Assembly (NCBI GenBank): GCA_051439505.1
Contig: JBFRWI010000219.1
Span: 1-48,090 of the forward strand
Length of the DNA: 48,090 bases
Direction: 5' to 3'
DNA from: Hormoscilla sp.
GTDB taxonomy: Bacteria; Cyanobacteriota; Cyanobacteriia; Cyanobacteriales; Desertifilaceae
A model generated the notes under the pieces. That model was given only the letters and a program-made list of their open reading frames with translations, made no database searches and was not told the origin of the DNA. A program made the position numbers and the translations under genes. Numbering within the stretch: the stretch's first letter is position 1; every line of letters starts with the position of its first letter. Positions 32,155 to 42,063 of the stretch are shown here, one piece after another.

Positions 32155-34104
32155 TTATTTGCTTTTTCTTTGCCGAATGGGAATTTCAATTTGAAACACA
32201 GCCCCTCTGCCCGGTAGAGATATACATTGCAACTTCCCCTGATGTTTTTGTACTACTATTTGGTAACTTACATACATGCCCAAACCCGTACCTTGGCCCA
32301 CAGCTTTTGTTGTAAAAAACGGATCGAATATCCGACCTTGGATTTCAGCACTCATGCCCGGACCATTGTCAGCTATTTCGACGATCGCGCTTTGGTATTG
32401 GCCAATTTGCGTTCTAATCCCAATTGTCTTTTTTTCTCTATTATTGTACTGTATACAAGAGGACTCTAAAGCATCTATAGCATTGACGATAATATTCATA
32501 AACACCTGATTCAACTGACCTGGATAGCATTCCATCCGGGGCAACTGACCAAATTCCTTAATCACCTGAATCTGGCTGCCGGACAAGCTATTTTGCAAAA
32601 TCAACAAGGTACTTTCAATTCCCTCATGAATATCAACTAGCTTCATCTCCGATTCATCCAGGCGGGAAAAGTTGCGCAGAGACAGAACGATTTGGCGGAT
32701 TCTCTCTGTTCCTCCTTTCATAGAATCCAGAAGTTTTTCCAGATCCTCCGCCATAAACTCTAAGTCCATTTCCTCAATCGCTGCTTGAATTATCTCGCTC
32801 GGTTGGGGACATTCCTCTTGATATAATTCTACCAAATGCAGCAGCTCTTTAGTATATTTATTGACATGGGGTAAGTTGCCGTGAATAAAATTAACTGGAT
32901 TATTAATTTCATGGGCCACACCAGCAACTAGCTGACCCAGAGAAGACATTTTTTCTGACTGAATCAGCTGCGCTTGGGTATTTTGCAATTTGCGTACCGT
33001 CTGCTTTAACTGGCGGGCTTTTTGTCGTTCTCGCGATTCGCTCTGTAGCAGGGCTTCTTCAGTCACCTTGCGCTCCGTAATATCGGTATGAGAGCCAACC
33101 ATTCGCACCGGGTTCCCCTGTTCGTCCCAAAGTGCTTGACCTCGTAAGAGAATCCATTTGTAATTGCCATCTTTGCAGCGCAGGCGATACTCCGCTACAT
33201 AATAGGGAGTAGTCCGTTCTAGGTGATCTCTCAGGGAGTTCATTACCCAACCGAGATCGTCGGGATGGATGCAGCTTTTCCATTTATCGAAATGGTTCGC
33301 CAACTCCCAGTCTGCATAGCCTAGCATTTCCTTCCAGCGGGGGGATAAGAATACTTGATTGGTTTTGACATTCCAGTCCCAAATGCCATCGTGATTGCCC
33401 TGGATGGCTAGCTGCCAGCGTTCTTCACTTTCTTTTAATTCCTGCAAAGCCTGCTTTAATTGGGCGGTGCGCTGTTCGACGCGGATTTCTAGCTGTTCGT
33501 TAGCCTGTTGCAGCGCCTTTTCTGCGCCTATGCGATCGGTTATATCTCTGCCAATGCAGAGGAGTCCTGTAAGACGTCCCGACTCGTCTACTAGAGCTTT
33601 ATTTCTCCAAGCAATCCACACCCGTTCCCCATTGCGCAGGATATTCTCATTTTCATTGCGCCAGATCAGTTGGGGATGTTCTAGGTGTTCGGAAATCATG
33701 ACTGCCAGACTGCTTCCCGACAAGTCGGTTTTCGGAAAAATTGTGCCAATTACATTTTTACCCAGGATTTCCTCCGACGAATAGCCAAAGAAGCTTTGGG
33801 CGTACTCGTTAAAGAAAATAATATTCCCTTGACTATCCAGGCGCAAAATAATGCTATTGGCATTTTCTACCAATTCCCGATACATAGCTTCCTTCTCGTG
33901 CAAGACCCTGGTCGCTGCTTCGGAGGCTTTGCGCAATTGCACTGGGTAGTACATCAACACCAATACCCCGATCGACAGGGCCAGCAACCCGCCTCCAGAC
34001 TGCTGGTTTAACTGTTGTTCTGAGCCAGGCAGCACCCATGCACCGGCAATAACTAGCACCACTGCTGACAGCGCTGTCAAGTACGTCCATTTCAATTGCA
34101 TCAT
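32155..34104 (-). CDS. Membrane PAS-PAS sensor histidine kinase
   Basis: Two N-terminal TM helices, two PAS/PAC domains, H-box VAHEINNP, NQVFMNIIVNA, DNGPG, FDPFFTTK, GTGLG. Confidence 0.95.
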   Translation of the reverse strand: MMQLKWTYLTALSAVVLVIAGAWVLPGSEQQLNQQSGGGLLALSIGVLVLMYYPVQLRKASEAATRVLHEKEAMYRELVENANSIILRLDSQGNIIFFNEYAQSFFGYSSEEILGKNVIGTIFPKTDLSGSSLAVMISEHLEHPQLIWRNENENILRNGERVWIAWRNKALVDESGRLTGLLCIGRDITDRIGAEKALQQANEQLEIRVEQRTAQLKQALQELKESEERWQLAIQGNHDGIWDWNVKTNQVFLSPRWKEMLGYADWELANHFDKWKSCIHPDDLGWVMNSLRDHLERTTPYYVAEYRLRCKDGNYKWILLRGQALWDEQGNPVRMVGSHTDITERKVTEEALLQSESRERQKARQLKQTVRKLQNTQAQLIQSEKMSSLGQLVAGVAHEINNPVNFIHGNLPHVNKYTKELLHLVELYQEECPQPSEIIQAAIEEMDLEFMAEDLEKLLDSMKGGTERIRQIVLSLRNFSRLDESEMKLVDIHEGIESTLLILQNSLSGSQIQVIKEFGQLPRMECYPGQLNQVFMNIIVNAIDALESSCIQYNNREKKTIGIRTQIGQYQSAIVEIADNGPGMSAEIQGRIFDPFFTTKAVGQGTGLGMYVSYQIVVQKHQGKLQCISLPGRGAVFQIEIPIRQRKSK

Positions 34105-34445
34105 CTTTGGTAGATTTTTGACCCGATCGGCTATTTTAGTTTACATCTCCTGGGGAATGGCGATCGCCTCGATCGCAGACCGGTTCCATTCCCACCCTGC
34201 CATACCCCCCCCTAGAGAGTCGATCGGTGTAGAAAAAATTTTGGGTGATGAGGGGTGAGGGGGTGAGGGGGTGAGGGGCTGAGGGGGTTCCGACTATTGT
34301 TCTGAGCGTGTTATGCACAAATATTTTAATTTGTCAAGCATTATTAATGGACCGACGCTCTCGGGGATGTTATTCTAGGATATGGCATGTTCCGGAGCAT
34401 TCGGTGCAGCCTGTCAGAGTAAACCATTCCTAAGAGGATGATATT

Positions 34446-35618
34446 GTGGTTGCTACAGTAGAACAACAACAAATAATCTCGTCCAACTCACAGCAAGGCG
34501 GCGATCGGGTGGCCGTGCTGTTGATGGGCTATGGTGAAGTGGAAAGCTACGACGATTTTGCCAACTATAACGAACAAGCCTTAAATCTGCTCACGGCCAA
34601 GTTTGCCCCAGTTCCCACCTGGATCTATCCCCCCCTGGCAAAGCTGCTGGCCATGTTTGACTTGCATGAGTGGAATCACCAGCATGGTAACTTTATTTCG
34701 CCCCACAATGCCATTTTTGAGCGGCAGCGGGCGGGCATCGAACGGCATCTCCAGTCGAAATGGGGTGAAAAGGTGCAAGTATTCAAAGCGTTCAACTTCT
34801 GCGCCCCCTTTCTGCCGGGACAGGTTTTAGCAGAAATCAAAACCCAAGGATTTGACAAGTTGCTGATCTATCCTCTCCTAGTGGTAGATTCGATCTTCAC
34901 TAGCGGCATTGCTGTCGAACAGGTAAATAATGCCCTCACTCAACTAACAGATGGGGCGGATGAACATTGGGTGAAAGGACAGCGTTACATTCCCTCATTT
35001 TACAACGAACCGGACTACATTAACCTGCTGGCCCAGCTAGTGGAGGAGAAAATCGATCGGGAACTGGCCGTTGCTCACTTGCGATCGCAAACAGGGATAA
35101 TATTGATGAATCATGGCTGTCCGCACAAAGCCAAAGGATTCACTTCTGGGATTACGGAAAGTCAGGTACTCTACGATTTAGTCCGAGAACGGCTGATTTA
35201 CAAATATCCGCTGATTTCCATTGGTTGGCTGAACCACGATACACCTTTAATTGAATGGACGCAACCGAATGTGAAGTTAGCGGCGGAAAACTTAATCCAA
35301 CTGGGGGCGACGGCGGTTGTGTTCATGTCTATTGGTTTTGTCACAGAGAACCACGAAACCTTGCTGGATGTGGACCACATTATCCATGCCTTGCAGCGCA
35401 AGCATTCCGAGGTTAAGTACGTGCAGATGGAATGCGTCAACGACGATCCTGAGTTTTTGCGGATGGCAGCAGAGTGGGCAAATCCCCAGATTGAGGCATT
35501 ATTATCTGAAAATGCCTTGGCTGTCAATCGGCAATTAGCAGCAGCAGGAAATGGTCACCACCATCATCACCACCACGACCATGACCATCATCATCACGAC
35601 CATCACCATCATCATTAG
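34446..35618 (+). CDS. Ferrochelatase-family chelatase with a His-rich tail
   Basis: AVLLMGYG, PFLP, YPL, NHGCP, EWTQP, FVTENHETLLDVD, VNDDPEF. It ends in 16 His instead of a CAB domain. Confidence 0.8.
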   Translation: MVATVEQQQIISSNSQQGGDRVAVLLMGYGEVESYDDFANYNEQALNLLTAKFAPVPTWIYPPLAKLLAMFDLHEWNHQHGNFISPHNAIFERQRAGIERHLQSKWGEKVQVFKAFNFCAPFLPGQVLAEIKTQGFDKLLIYPLLVVDSIFTSGIAVEQVNNALTQLTDGADEHWVKGQRYIPSFYNEPDYINLLAQLVEEKIDRELAVAHLRSQTGIILMNHGCPHKAKGFTSGITESQVLYDLVRERLIYKYPLISIGWLNHDTPLIEWTQPNVKLAAENLIQLGATAVVFMSIGFVTENHETLLDVDHIIHALQRKHSEVKYVQMECVNDDPEFLRMAAEWANPQIEALLSENALAVNRQLAAAGNGHHHHHHHDHDHHHHDHHHHH

Positions 35619-35644
35619 GGTACTCGTGGTGTAATCAGTAGGGT

Positions 35645-35860
35645 GGAATGGCGCTGACGCCCAGTTGTCATTGCGAGGGGGGGAGTCCAAACCGATATTG
35701 TGGGGAACTCCACCAACAGCCCCCCGAAGCAATCTCCCCACCAATAGCTCTCGGTTGAGATTGCTTCGGGGGGGATGCTAGTGCAAGATGATGATTCTTC
35801 GCTTTGGCACCCCCCTCGCAATGACATTAATAACTTTTTCCCTTAAGTCAGTGCCATTCG
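35645..35860. mobile_element. 216-bp MITE with a family-C doublet, inserted into a family-B REP
   Basis: TIR GAATGGCGCTGAC / GAATGGCACTGAC; target duplication CAGTAGGGT at 35636-35644 and 35861-35869. Confidence 0.8.
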
Positions 35861-36178
35861 CAGTAGGGTGGGCATCGCCCACCTTTACAACGCCCCAATC
35901 TCTAATTCGCAACTTTTAAGTTATAATTATCGATCGCCTTCCAGTAGGGGATAAGAACTATGGAAAATCAACTGTTGCAGCACCCACTTCTGGTGGGCGG
36001 TGCCCACCCTACGAATGCAACTGTTGCAGCGCCGGAGCGATCGCTCCGAATATCTGCCACGGCAAACCCTGCATCCGGGGAATGCGCTATCCTGTAGAAT
36101 GTATCCTAGAATTGCTCTCGTCTGGCATGAGTATCGATGAGATTACATGCTAGCTGTTTTAATGATAGAGAGTTAACC

Positions 36179-36638
36179 ATGCTTAACTGTTACGATGTAG
36201 CCAACTACTTTTTAGCTCAACAAGATGAGTCTGCTGGCGACCTTATTTCTAATCTCAAGCTTCAGAAATTGGTTGATTATGCTCAAGGTTTTCATCTTGC
36301 TCTTTACGATCGCCCCTTATTTCCAGAGGCGATCGCAGCGCAGCGTGTGGACTCACGGTCCAGTGGTGCCGGAGTTATATGAATACTACCACAAATATGG
36401 TAATGGTGCTATACCCTGTCCAACTGAGATTGATTTTACCCGCTATGACGAGGAAACGCGGAGTCTTCTGGATGAAGTATACTCAGTGTTTGGGCAGTAT
36501 TCTGCCTGGAAATTGCGCAATATGACTCAAGCAGAATCCCCTTGGCAGGCAGCATCATTAACTCGTAGTCCGATTAGCCATCGATCTATGAAAGACTATT
36601 TCAATACTCAGCTAAACTATGAAGCAGAAGCGGCTTAA
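36179..36638 (+). pseudogene. Panacea/DUF4065 (GepA-like) antitoxin, frameshifted
   Basis: DVANYFL...ISNLKLQKL..YAQG...PLF in one frame, then WTHGPVVPELY...YSAWKLRNMT..ESPW in another; 7 extra nt near 36335-36349. Confidence 0.85.
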
Positions 36639-36723
36639 TGCTAAGGAGTAGGGTGGGCACCGCCCACCTTGACAATTAACAATGAACAATTGACAATGAA
36701 CAATTGACAATTCGCAAAGGAGG

Positions 36724-37101
36724 ATGACGGTGACTCGCAAACGCTTAATTATCGAGATGGGGATGGGAGTAGACCAGCACGGACAAGACCCGACGGTGGC
36801 AGCAGCAAGGGCGGTACGCAATGCTATTGCTCACAATGCCTTGCCTGGAGTCTGGGAAGTTGCCGGTTTAAGTCACCCCGATCGCATGATTGTGGAAGTG
36901 CAGGTAGGCGTACCCTATCCGGAACAAGTGCGATCGGCAGAGGTGCTGGAAGTCTTGCCCTTCGGTCGCAAAACCATCGCGGTCGAGTCTGGGGGGATGG
37001 TGGTTCAGGGTCGAGCAATTCCCGAACTGCACGATAAAAATGACGAAATGTTAATTGCGGTTGCAGCCGTTACCGTGATAGTGGATAATGAGGAGACATA
37101 A
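36724..37101 (+). CDS. Lin0512-family protein
   Basis: IIEMGMGVDQHGQDPTVAAARAVRNAI, LPFG, GGM; AAGGAGG RBS. Confidence 0.85.
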   Translation: MTVTRKRLIIEMGMGVDQHGQDPTVAAARAVRNAIAHNALPGVWEVAGLSHPDRMIVEVQVGVPYPEQVRSAEVLEVLPFGRKTIAVESGGMVVQGRAIPELHDKNDEMLIAVAAVTVIVDNEET

Positions 37102-37124
37102 CATCGGACAGCAGGAGGAGCGGA

Positions 37125-37598
37125 ATGGATCTAGAAATATGGGAACAACCGGCAATCATTACTTGGAGTCAGCTGCTACTGGACAGTTACGAGAAGCTGC
37201 TGGGACATCAACTGATAGAAAGGAAGGGCAATGCCGAAGCACAGGCAAAAGCACTCTTCTTTGCTCCCTTAGTAGTAGGATCTCATGGGACAGAAGCAGA
37301 CCAGATCTTGAATTATGGTAATCAAAAAGCTCTCGATCTCTGGGAGATGACATGGGATGATTTTACTAAAACCCCCTCCAGGATGACTGCGGAACAGGTG
37401 AACAGAGAAGAGCGTACAAAAATGCTCGCCCAGGCAGCTAAACAAGGGTTTATTGATAATTATCGGGGAGTGAGGATTGCTAGTACAGGAAAACGTTTTT
37501 TGATTGAAAAAGCCATAGTATGGAGCTTGGTTGACGAGCGAAATAAACACTGTGGACAAGCTGTGAATTTCTCTCAATTCTCTTTTGTAAGTGACTAA
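37125..37598 (+). CDS. Stand-alone MEKHLA (PAS-like) domain protein
   Basis: LFFAP.VVGSHG, ILNYGNQKALDLWE, TPSRMTAE, Y.GVRI...GKRF.IE.A.VW, GQA. Confidence 0.88.
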   Translation: MDLEIWEQPAIITWSQLLLDSYEKLLGHQLIERKGNAEAQAKALFFAPLVVGSHGTEADQILNYGNQKALDLWEMTWDDFTKTPSRMTAEQVNREERTKMLAQAAKQGFIDNYRGVRIASTGKRFLIEKAIVWSLVDERNKHCGQAVNFSQFSFVSD

Positions 37599-37646
37599 AA
37601 ACAGCTAGGATGATTTGTGAATGTGGAAATTGCCGGAGATGAACAA

Positions 37647-38402
37647 ATGAAAGAATTTGAAAACAAAGTGGCAGTGGTAACAGGTGGGAGTTCGGGAATA
37701 GGCCGTGAGACCGCCATAGCTTTTGCGGAACTCGGGGCAAAGGTAGTTATTGCCAGTCGCCGTCAAAAAGAGAGTGAAGAAACAGTAAAGCTGGTGCAAG
37801 AGGCGGGGAGTGAAGCCATTTTTGTGCAAACTGATGTCAGTCAGGCGCTGTCAGTGGAAAATTTAATCAGTCAAGCGGTAGAAACCTATGGTCGCATAGA
37901 TTATGCATTCAATAATGCAGGAACAGAAGGAATAGTGGGACCAGGCATTGAACAGAGTGAGTCAACCTGGAATCACATCATCGACATTAACCTCAAAGGA
38001 ACTTGGTTGTCCATGAAGTATCAAATCCCCCAGATGCTGAAACAGGGTGGGGGAGTAATTGTCAATAATTCTTCGATCGCTGGATTGATAGGATTGAGCA
38101 ATCTTTCCATTTACTCTGCCAGCAAACATGGTATTATCGGGTTGACAAAATCCCTGGCCTTAGAACATGCCAAGGCTAATATTAGAATTAATGCAGTCTG
38201 TCCTGGTGTGATTCAAACAGATATGACGGACCGAGGTTTTAGCGATGAAGAAATCAAAGCAAAAATGGTAGCAGCACATCCGATCGGACGTATTGGCAGG
38301 TCAGAAGAAGTGGCGAAGGCAGTAATATGGTTGTGTTCCGATGCCGCTAGCTTTATAACTGGTCATTCCCTGCCCATTGACGGAGGTTATACGGTACAGT
38401 AG
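37647..38402 (+). CDS. SDR oxidoreductase (copy 1)
   Basis: TGGSSGIG, FNNAG, YSASK, NAVCPG. Confidence 0.93.
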   Translation: MKEFENKVAVVTGGSSGIGRETAIAFAELGAKVVIASRRQKESEETVKLVQEAGSEAIFVQTDVSQALSVENLISQAVETYGRIDYAFNNAGTEGIVGPGIEQSESTWNHIIDINLKGTWLSMKYQIPQMLKQGGGVIVNNSSIAGLIGLSNLSIYSASKHGIIGLTKSLALEHAKANIRINAVCPGVIQTDMTDRGFSDEEIKAKMVAAHPIGRIGRSEEVAKAVIWLCSDAASFITGHSLPIDGGYTVQ

Positions 38403-38488
38403 TTTGGGCAGTAAATATTGTTGTGTCCTGGTGAATATCTGACATTCTTCCCAGTCGGATGTCAGATATTCCTAAAAGTCAGATGGTC

Positions 38489-39247
38489 ATGAAAGCACTA
38501 GAGAACAAAATCGCGTTAATCACAGGTGGCAGTTCGGGCATAGGTCGTGAGACCGCCATAGCTTTTGTAAAAAAAGGGGCAAAGGTGGTGATTGCCAGTC
38601 GCCGAAAAAAGGAGAGTGAAGAAACGGTACAATTGGTAAAGGCGGCGGGGAGTGAAGCCATTTTTGTCGAAACTGATGTAACAAAGGCAGCATCTGTTGA
38701 GAACTTAATCAGTCAAGCAGTAAAAACATATGGTCGGGTTGATTACGCATTTAATAATGCTGGACTTGAAGGAACAGGTCTTTCAATAATCGAACAAACT
38801 GAAGATGACTGGAATGCCATCATCGATACAAATCTCAAGGGGACTTGGTTGTCGATGAAGTATGAAATCCCGCAGATGCTGAAGCAGGGTGGGGGTGCCA
38901 TTGTCAACAATACTTCGATTGTCGGAATAGTAGGTCGTGGAAATCTGTCCATTTACTGTGCTGGCAAACATGGTGTCATCGGGTTGACAAAATCCTTGGC
39001 ATTGGAGTATGCTAAGGTAGGTATCAGGATTAACGCCGTATGTCCTGGTGCAATTGAGACGGATATGTTAGAGCGCGTGTTGGGAGGTAATTCCGAAATC
39101 AAGGAGAAGATGGCAGCAGCTTATCCTCTCGGACGTATTGGCAGGCCCGAAGATGTGGCGAAGGCGGTAGTATGGTTGTGTTCCGATGCCGCTAGCTTTA
39201 TAACAGGTCATTCTCTGCCCATTGATGGTGGTCGTACAGGAAAGTAG
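38489..39247 (+). CDS. SDR oxidoreductase (copy 2, tandem paralog)
   Basis: TGGSSGIG, FNNAG, YCAGK; colinear with copy 1. The start codon is uncertain (38459, 38483 or 38489). Confidence 0.92.
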   Translation: MKALENKIALITGGSSGIGRETAIAFVKKGAKVVIASRRKKESEETVQLVKAAGSEAIFVETDVTKAASVENLISQAVKTYGRVDYAFNNAGLEGTGLSIIEQTEDDWNAIIDTNLKGTWLSMKYEIPQMLKQGGGAIVNNTSIVGIVGRGNLSIYCAGKHGVIGLTKSLALEYAKVGIRINAVCPGAIETDMLERVLGGNSEIKEKMAAAYPLGRIGRPEDVAKAVVWLCSDAASFITGHSLPIDGGRTGK

Positions 39248-39329
39248 TTTCGGCAGTAAGTCAAGTTGTAGAGTGCTCCATATCCGATCTGCTTACCTGG
39301 TTTTGTCAAGAATAATCTTCAAGGAAAAA

Positions 39330-40064
39330 ATGTCTAATTCCATTACAGAACATTACCGGAATATATCCCATCAATATGATGATTTATGGAGTTATTCTCC
39401 AAATTTTATTACGACGATCGCCCGACAAATATGCGATCGCCTGCAAGCAAAACCAAGCGATCGCCTGGTGGATCTCGGGGGCGGAACGGGACTCTATGCG
39501 AAAGCGATCGATGATTTATTGACACCGGATTGTAAAATTGTCTGTGTGGATCCTTCCCAAGAAATGCTCGATCGGGTCAATTCCGACCGAATTGAAACAA
39601 TTTGCCAAGATGCCATTGATTTTACGGAAGTATCGGGAAATTACAATAAAGTCTTCATGAAAGAGGCAATTCATCATATTGCCGAAAAAGACAAGTTATT
39701 TGGGAATCTTTATGGACAATTGCCGACAGGAGGCATCTTTCTATTAATTTTGCTTCCCCCGGCGATCGAATATCCCTTATTTGCCAGGGCCTTGAAATTA
39801 TACGAACAAAATCAGCCAGATTATCGGGATTTGGTGACGCAAATGGAGAAAACTGGATTTAATGTTACTGTCGATCTGGTAGATTATCCCCTGGCCATCG
39901 ATCGCGATCGCTATCTGAATATGGTGAAAATGCGCTATATGTCCCTTTTATCCCGTTTTACCGATGCCGAACTTGGGCAAGGCATTGAAGAGATGAAAAC
40001 CAAATATCCAGATGAGATTTTCAGATTTAACGATCGCTTTGTGTGTCTAACCGCGATTAAATAA
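39330..40064 (+). CDS. Class I SAM-dependent methyltransferase
   Basis: LVDLGGGTG, CVDPSQEML, EAIHH; AAGGA RBS. Confidence 0.88.
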   Translation: MSNSITEHYRNISHQYDDLWSYSPNFITTIARQICDRLQAKPSDRLVDLGGGTGLYAKAIDDLLTPDCKIVCVDPSQEMLDRVNSDRIETICQDAIDFTEVSGNYNKVFMKEAIHHIAEKDKLFGNLYGQLPTGGIFLLILLPPAIEYPLFARALKLYEQNQPDYRDLVTQMEKTGFNVTVDLVDYPLAIDRDRYLNMVKMRYMSLLSRFTDAELGQGIEEMKTKYPDEIFRFNDRFVCLTAIK

Positions 40065-40122
40065 GTTAAACTGGGTTAGAGAGTACAGTAGAAAAGAGGA
40101 GAAAAGAGGCCGATCGCCTGTC

Positions 40123-40986
40123 ATGAGTGAGCAGCAAAAATCGAACCACCGGTATGGTTGGTCCTTGGAATTACGAGATCCAGAAGCGATCGAATCCTGT
40201 ATGCCCGTGTGGGAATGGTTCTATAACTATTATTTTCGGGTGAAAACCGATGGTTGGCATCACATCCCCAGTCACCGAAAAGTTTTGTTCGTCGGTTCCC
40301 ATAATGGGGGAATGGCGGTCCCCGATATGGCCATGATGATGTATGATTGGTTTCGTCGCTTTGGTACGTCTCGTCCAGTCTACGGGTTGATGCATCCCTA
40401 TGCTTGGAAGATCGATCAACGACTCTCTGAGTTAGCGGCCCAGATCGGGGCAGTTGTGGCCCATCCGCAAATGGCGATCGCGGCCTTGCAAGCAGGGGCG
40501 AGTGTTCTCGTTTATCCGGGAGGGGCGCAAGATGCCTTCCGTCCCCACAGTCAGCGGGATAAAATTTGCTTTGCAGGACGCAAAGGATTCATTAAACTAG
40601 CTTTACGAGAGGCAGTGCCAATTATTCCCGCCATTTCCTACGGTGCCCACGATACCTTGATTGTCCTGGGTGACTTTTATCCCCTGGTAAAGCAATTGCA
40701 CGAATGGGGAATGCCTTGGTTATTCGACCTGGATCCGCTAGTATTTCCCATTTATCTGGGTTTACCTTGGGGTTTGGCAGTTGGGCCCCTACTTAATATT
40801 CCCTTACCCGTGCAAATTCATACCCGCGTCTGCGCCCCCATTATCTTTGAACGCTATGGCCGGGAGGCGGCACGCGATCGGGCCTATGTGGATGCTTGCT
40901 ACCATCAAGTTCATAGTCAAATGCAGCAGGAATTAGACCGGTTAATCCAAGATGTCAGTAGTCAAGGAATCTGCAATCTTTTCTGA
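40123..40986 (+). CDS. DGAT2/MGAT-like acyltransferase (probably Slr2103-like), copy 1
   Basis: VGSHNGG...D (Hx6D-like), VYPGG, RKGFIKLAL, PIIP. Confidence 0.85.
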   Translation: MSEQQKSNHRYGWSLELRDPEAIESCMPVWEWFYNYYFRVKTDGWHHIPSHRKVLFVGSHNGGMAVPDMAMMMYDWFRRFGTSRPVYGLMHPYAWKIDQRLSELAAQIGAVVAHPQMAIAALQAGASVLVYPGGAQDAFRPHSQRDKICFAGRKGFIKLALREAVPIIPAISYGAHDTLIVLGDFYPLVKQLHEWGMPWLFDLDPLVFPIYLGLPWGLAVGPLLNIPLPVQIHTRVCAPIIFERYGREAARDRAYVDACYHQVHSQMQQELDRLIQDVSSQGICNLF

Positions 40987-41199
40987 AGTTTCGCGATCGC
41001 TTGTCGGGCACCTTCTACCTATGGGGCGATAATTAAATGACCAATGACCAACCCTGTTTCTTGTCCAAACCGGGTTGATGGCATCGCGCGAGGGCGAAAA
41101 TAAATCCCGACATACTTCGTGCGCCAGCTAAACGCGCTTTACGTTTACTACTGCTTACAGTACAGTAGAAAAGAGGAAAAAAGAGGACGATCGCCTGTC

Positions 41200-42063
41200 A
41201 TGAGTGCGCAGCAAAAATCGAACAACCGGTATGGTTGGTCCTTAGAGTTACGAGATCCGAAAGTAATCGAATCCTGTATGCCCGTGTGGGAATGGTTCTA
41301 TAACTACTATTTTCGGGTGCAAACCGATGGTTGGCATCACATCCCCACTCACCGAAAAGTTTTGTTCGTCGGTTCCCATAATGGGGGACTGGCGGCCCCC
41401 GATATGATCATGATGATGTATGATTGGTTTCGTCGCTTTGGGACAGAACGTCCAGTCTACGGGTTGATGCATCGCTTAATCTGGAAAGCGTATCCAGATC
41501 TGGCCAGGTTACTAACGCAGAACGGGGCAATTGAGGCCCATCCGAAAATGGCGATCGCGGCCTTGCAAGCAGGGGCGAGTGTTCTCGTTTATCCGGGAGG
41601 GGCGCAAGATGTCTTCCGCCCCCACAGTCAGCGGGATAAAATTTGCTTTGCAGGACGCCAAGGATTCATTAAACTAGCTTTACGAGAGGCAGTGCCAATT
41701 ATTCCCGCCATTTCCTACGGTGCCCATGATACCTTGATTGTCCTGGGTGACTTTTATCCCCTGGTAAAGCAATTGCACGAATGGGGAATGCCTTGGTTGT
41801 TCGACCAGGATCCGGAAGTATTTCCTATTTATCTGGGTTTGCCTTGGGGGTTGGCAGTTGGGCCCCTACTTAATTTTCCCTTACCCGTGCAAATTCACAC
41901 CCGCGTCTGCGCCCCCATTAGATTTGAACGTTATGGCAGAGAGGCGGCACGCGATCGGGCCTATGTGGATGCTTGCTACTATCAGGTTTATGCTCAAATG
42001 CAGCAGGAATTAGACCGGTTAGTAGAAGATGTCAGTAGTCAAGGAATCGGCAATCTTTTCTGA
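41200..42063 (+). CDS. DGAT2/MGAT-like acyltransferase, copy 2
   Basis: Same length (864 nt), offset 1077 bp, with upstream and downstream flanks also duplicated. Confidence 0.85.
   Translation: MSAQQKSNNRYGWSLELRDPKVIESCMPVWEWFYNYYFRVQTDGWHHIPTHRKVLFVGSHNGGLAAPDMIMMMYDWFRRFGTERPVYGLMHRLIWKAYPDLARLLTQNGAIEAHPKMAIAALQAGASVLVYPGGAQDVFRPHSQRDKICFAGRQGFIKLALREAVPIIPAISYGAHDTLIVLGDFYPLVKQLHEWGMPWLFDQDPEVFPIYLGLPWGLAVGPLLNFPLPVQIHTRVCAPIRFERYGREAARDRAYVDACYYQVYAQMQQELDRLVEDVSSQGIGNLF

Larger units (their letters stand above)
31091..36712. repeat. Short tandem heptamer/octamer repeats (STRR-like)
   Basis: TGCTAAT at 31092-31149, TTCTC(C/A)A at about 32091-32150, GAGGGGGT at about 34250-34288, ACAAT(T/G) at 36672-36712; also ACTACGA at 16060-16092. 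Confidence 0.8.

Noticed and set aside
29929..35825. Family-C ~35-nt loops as CRISPR spacers
   Set aside because: They are dispersed, bounded by inverted rather than direct repeats, and homologous to each other. Kept only as the loop-length finding.
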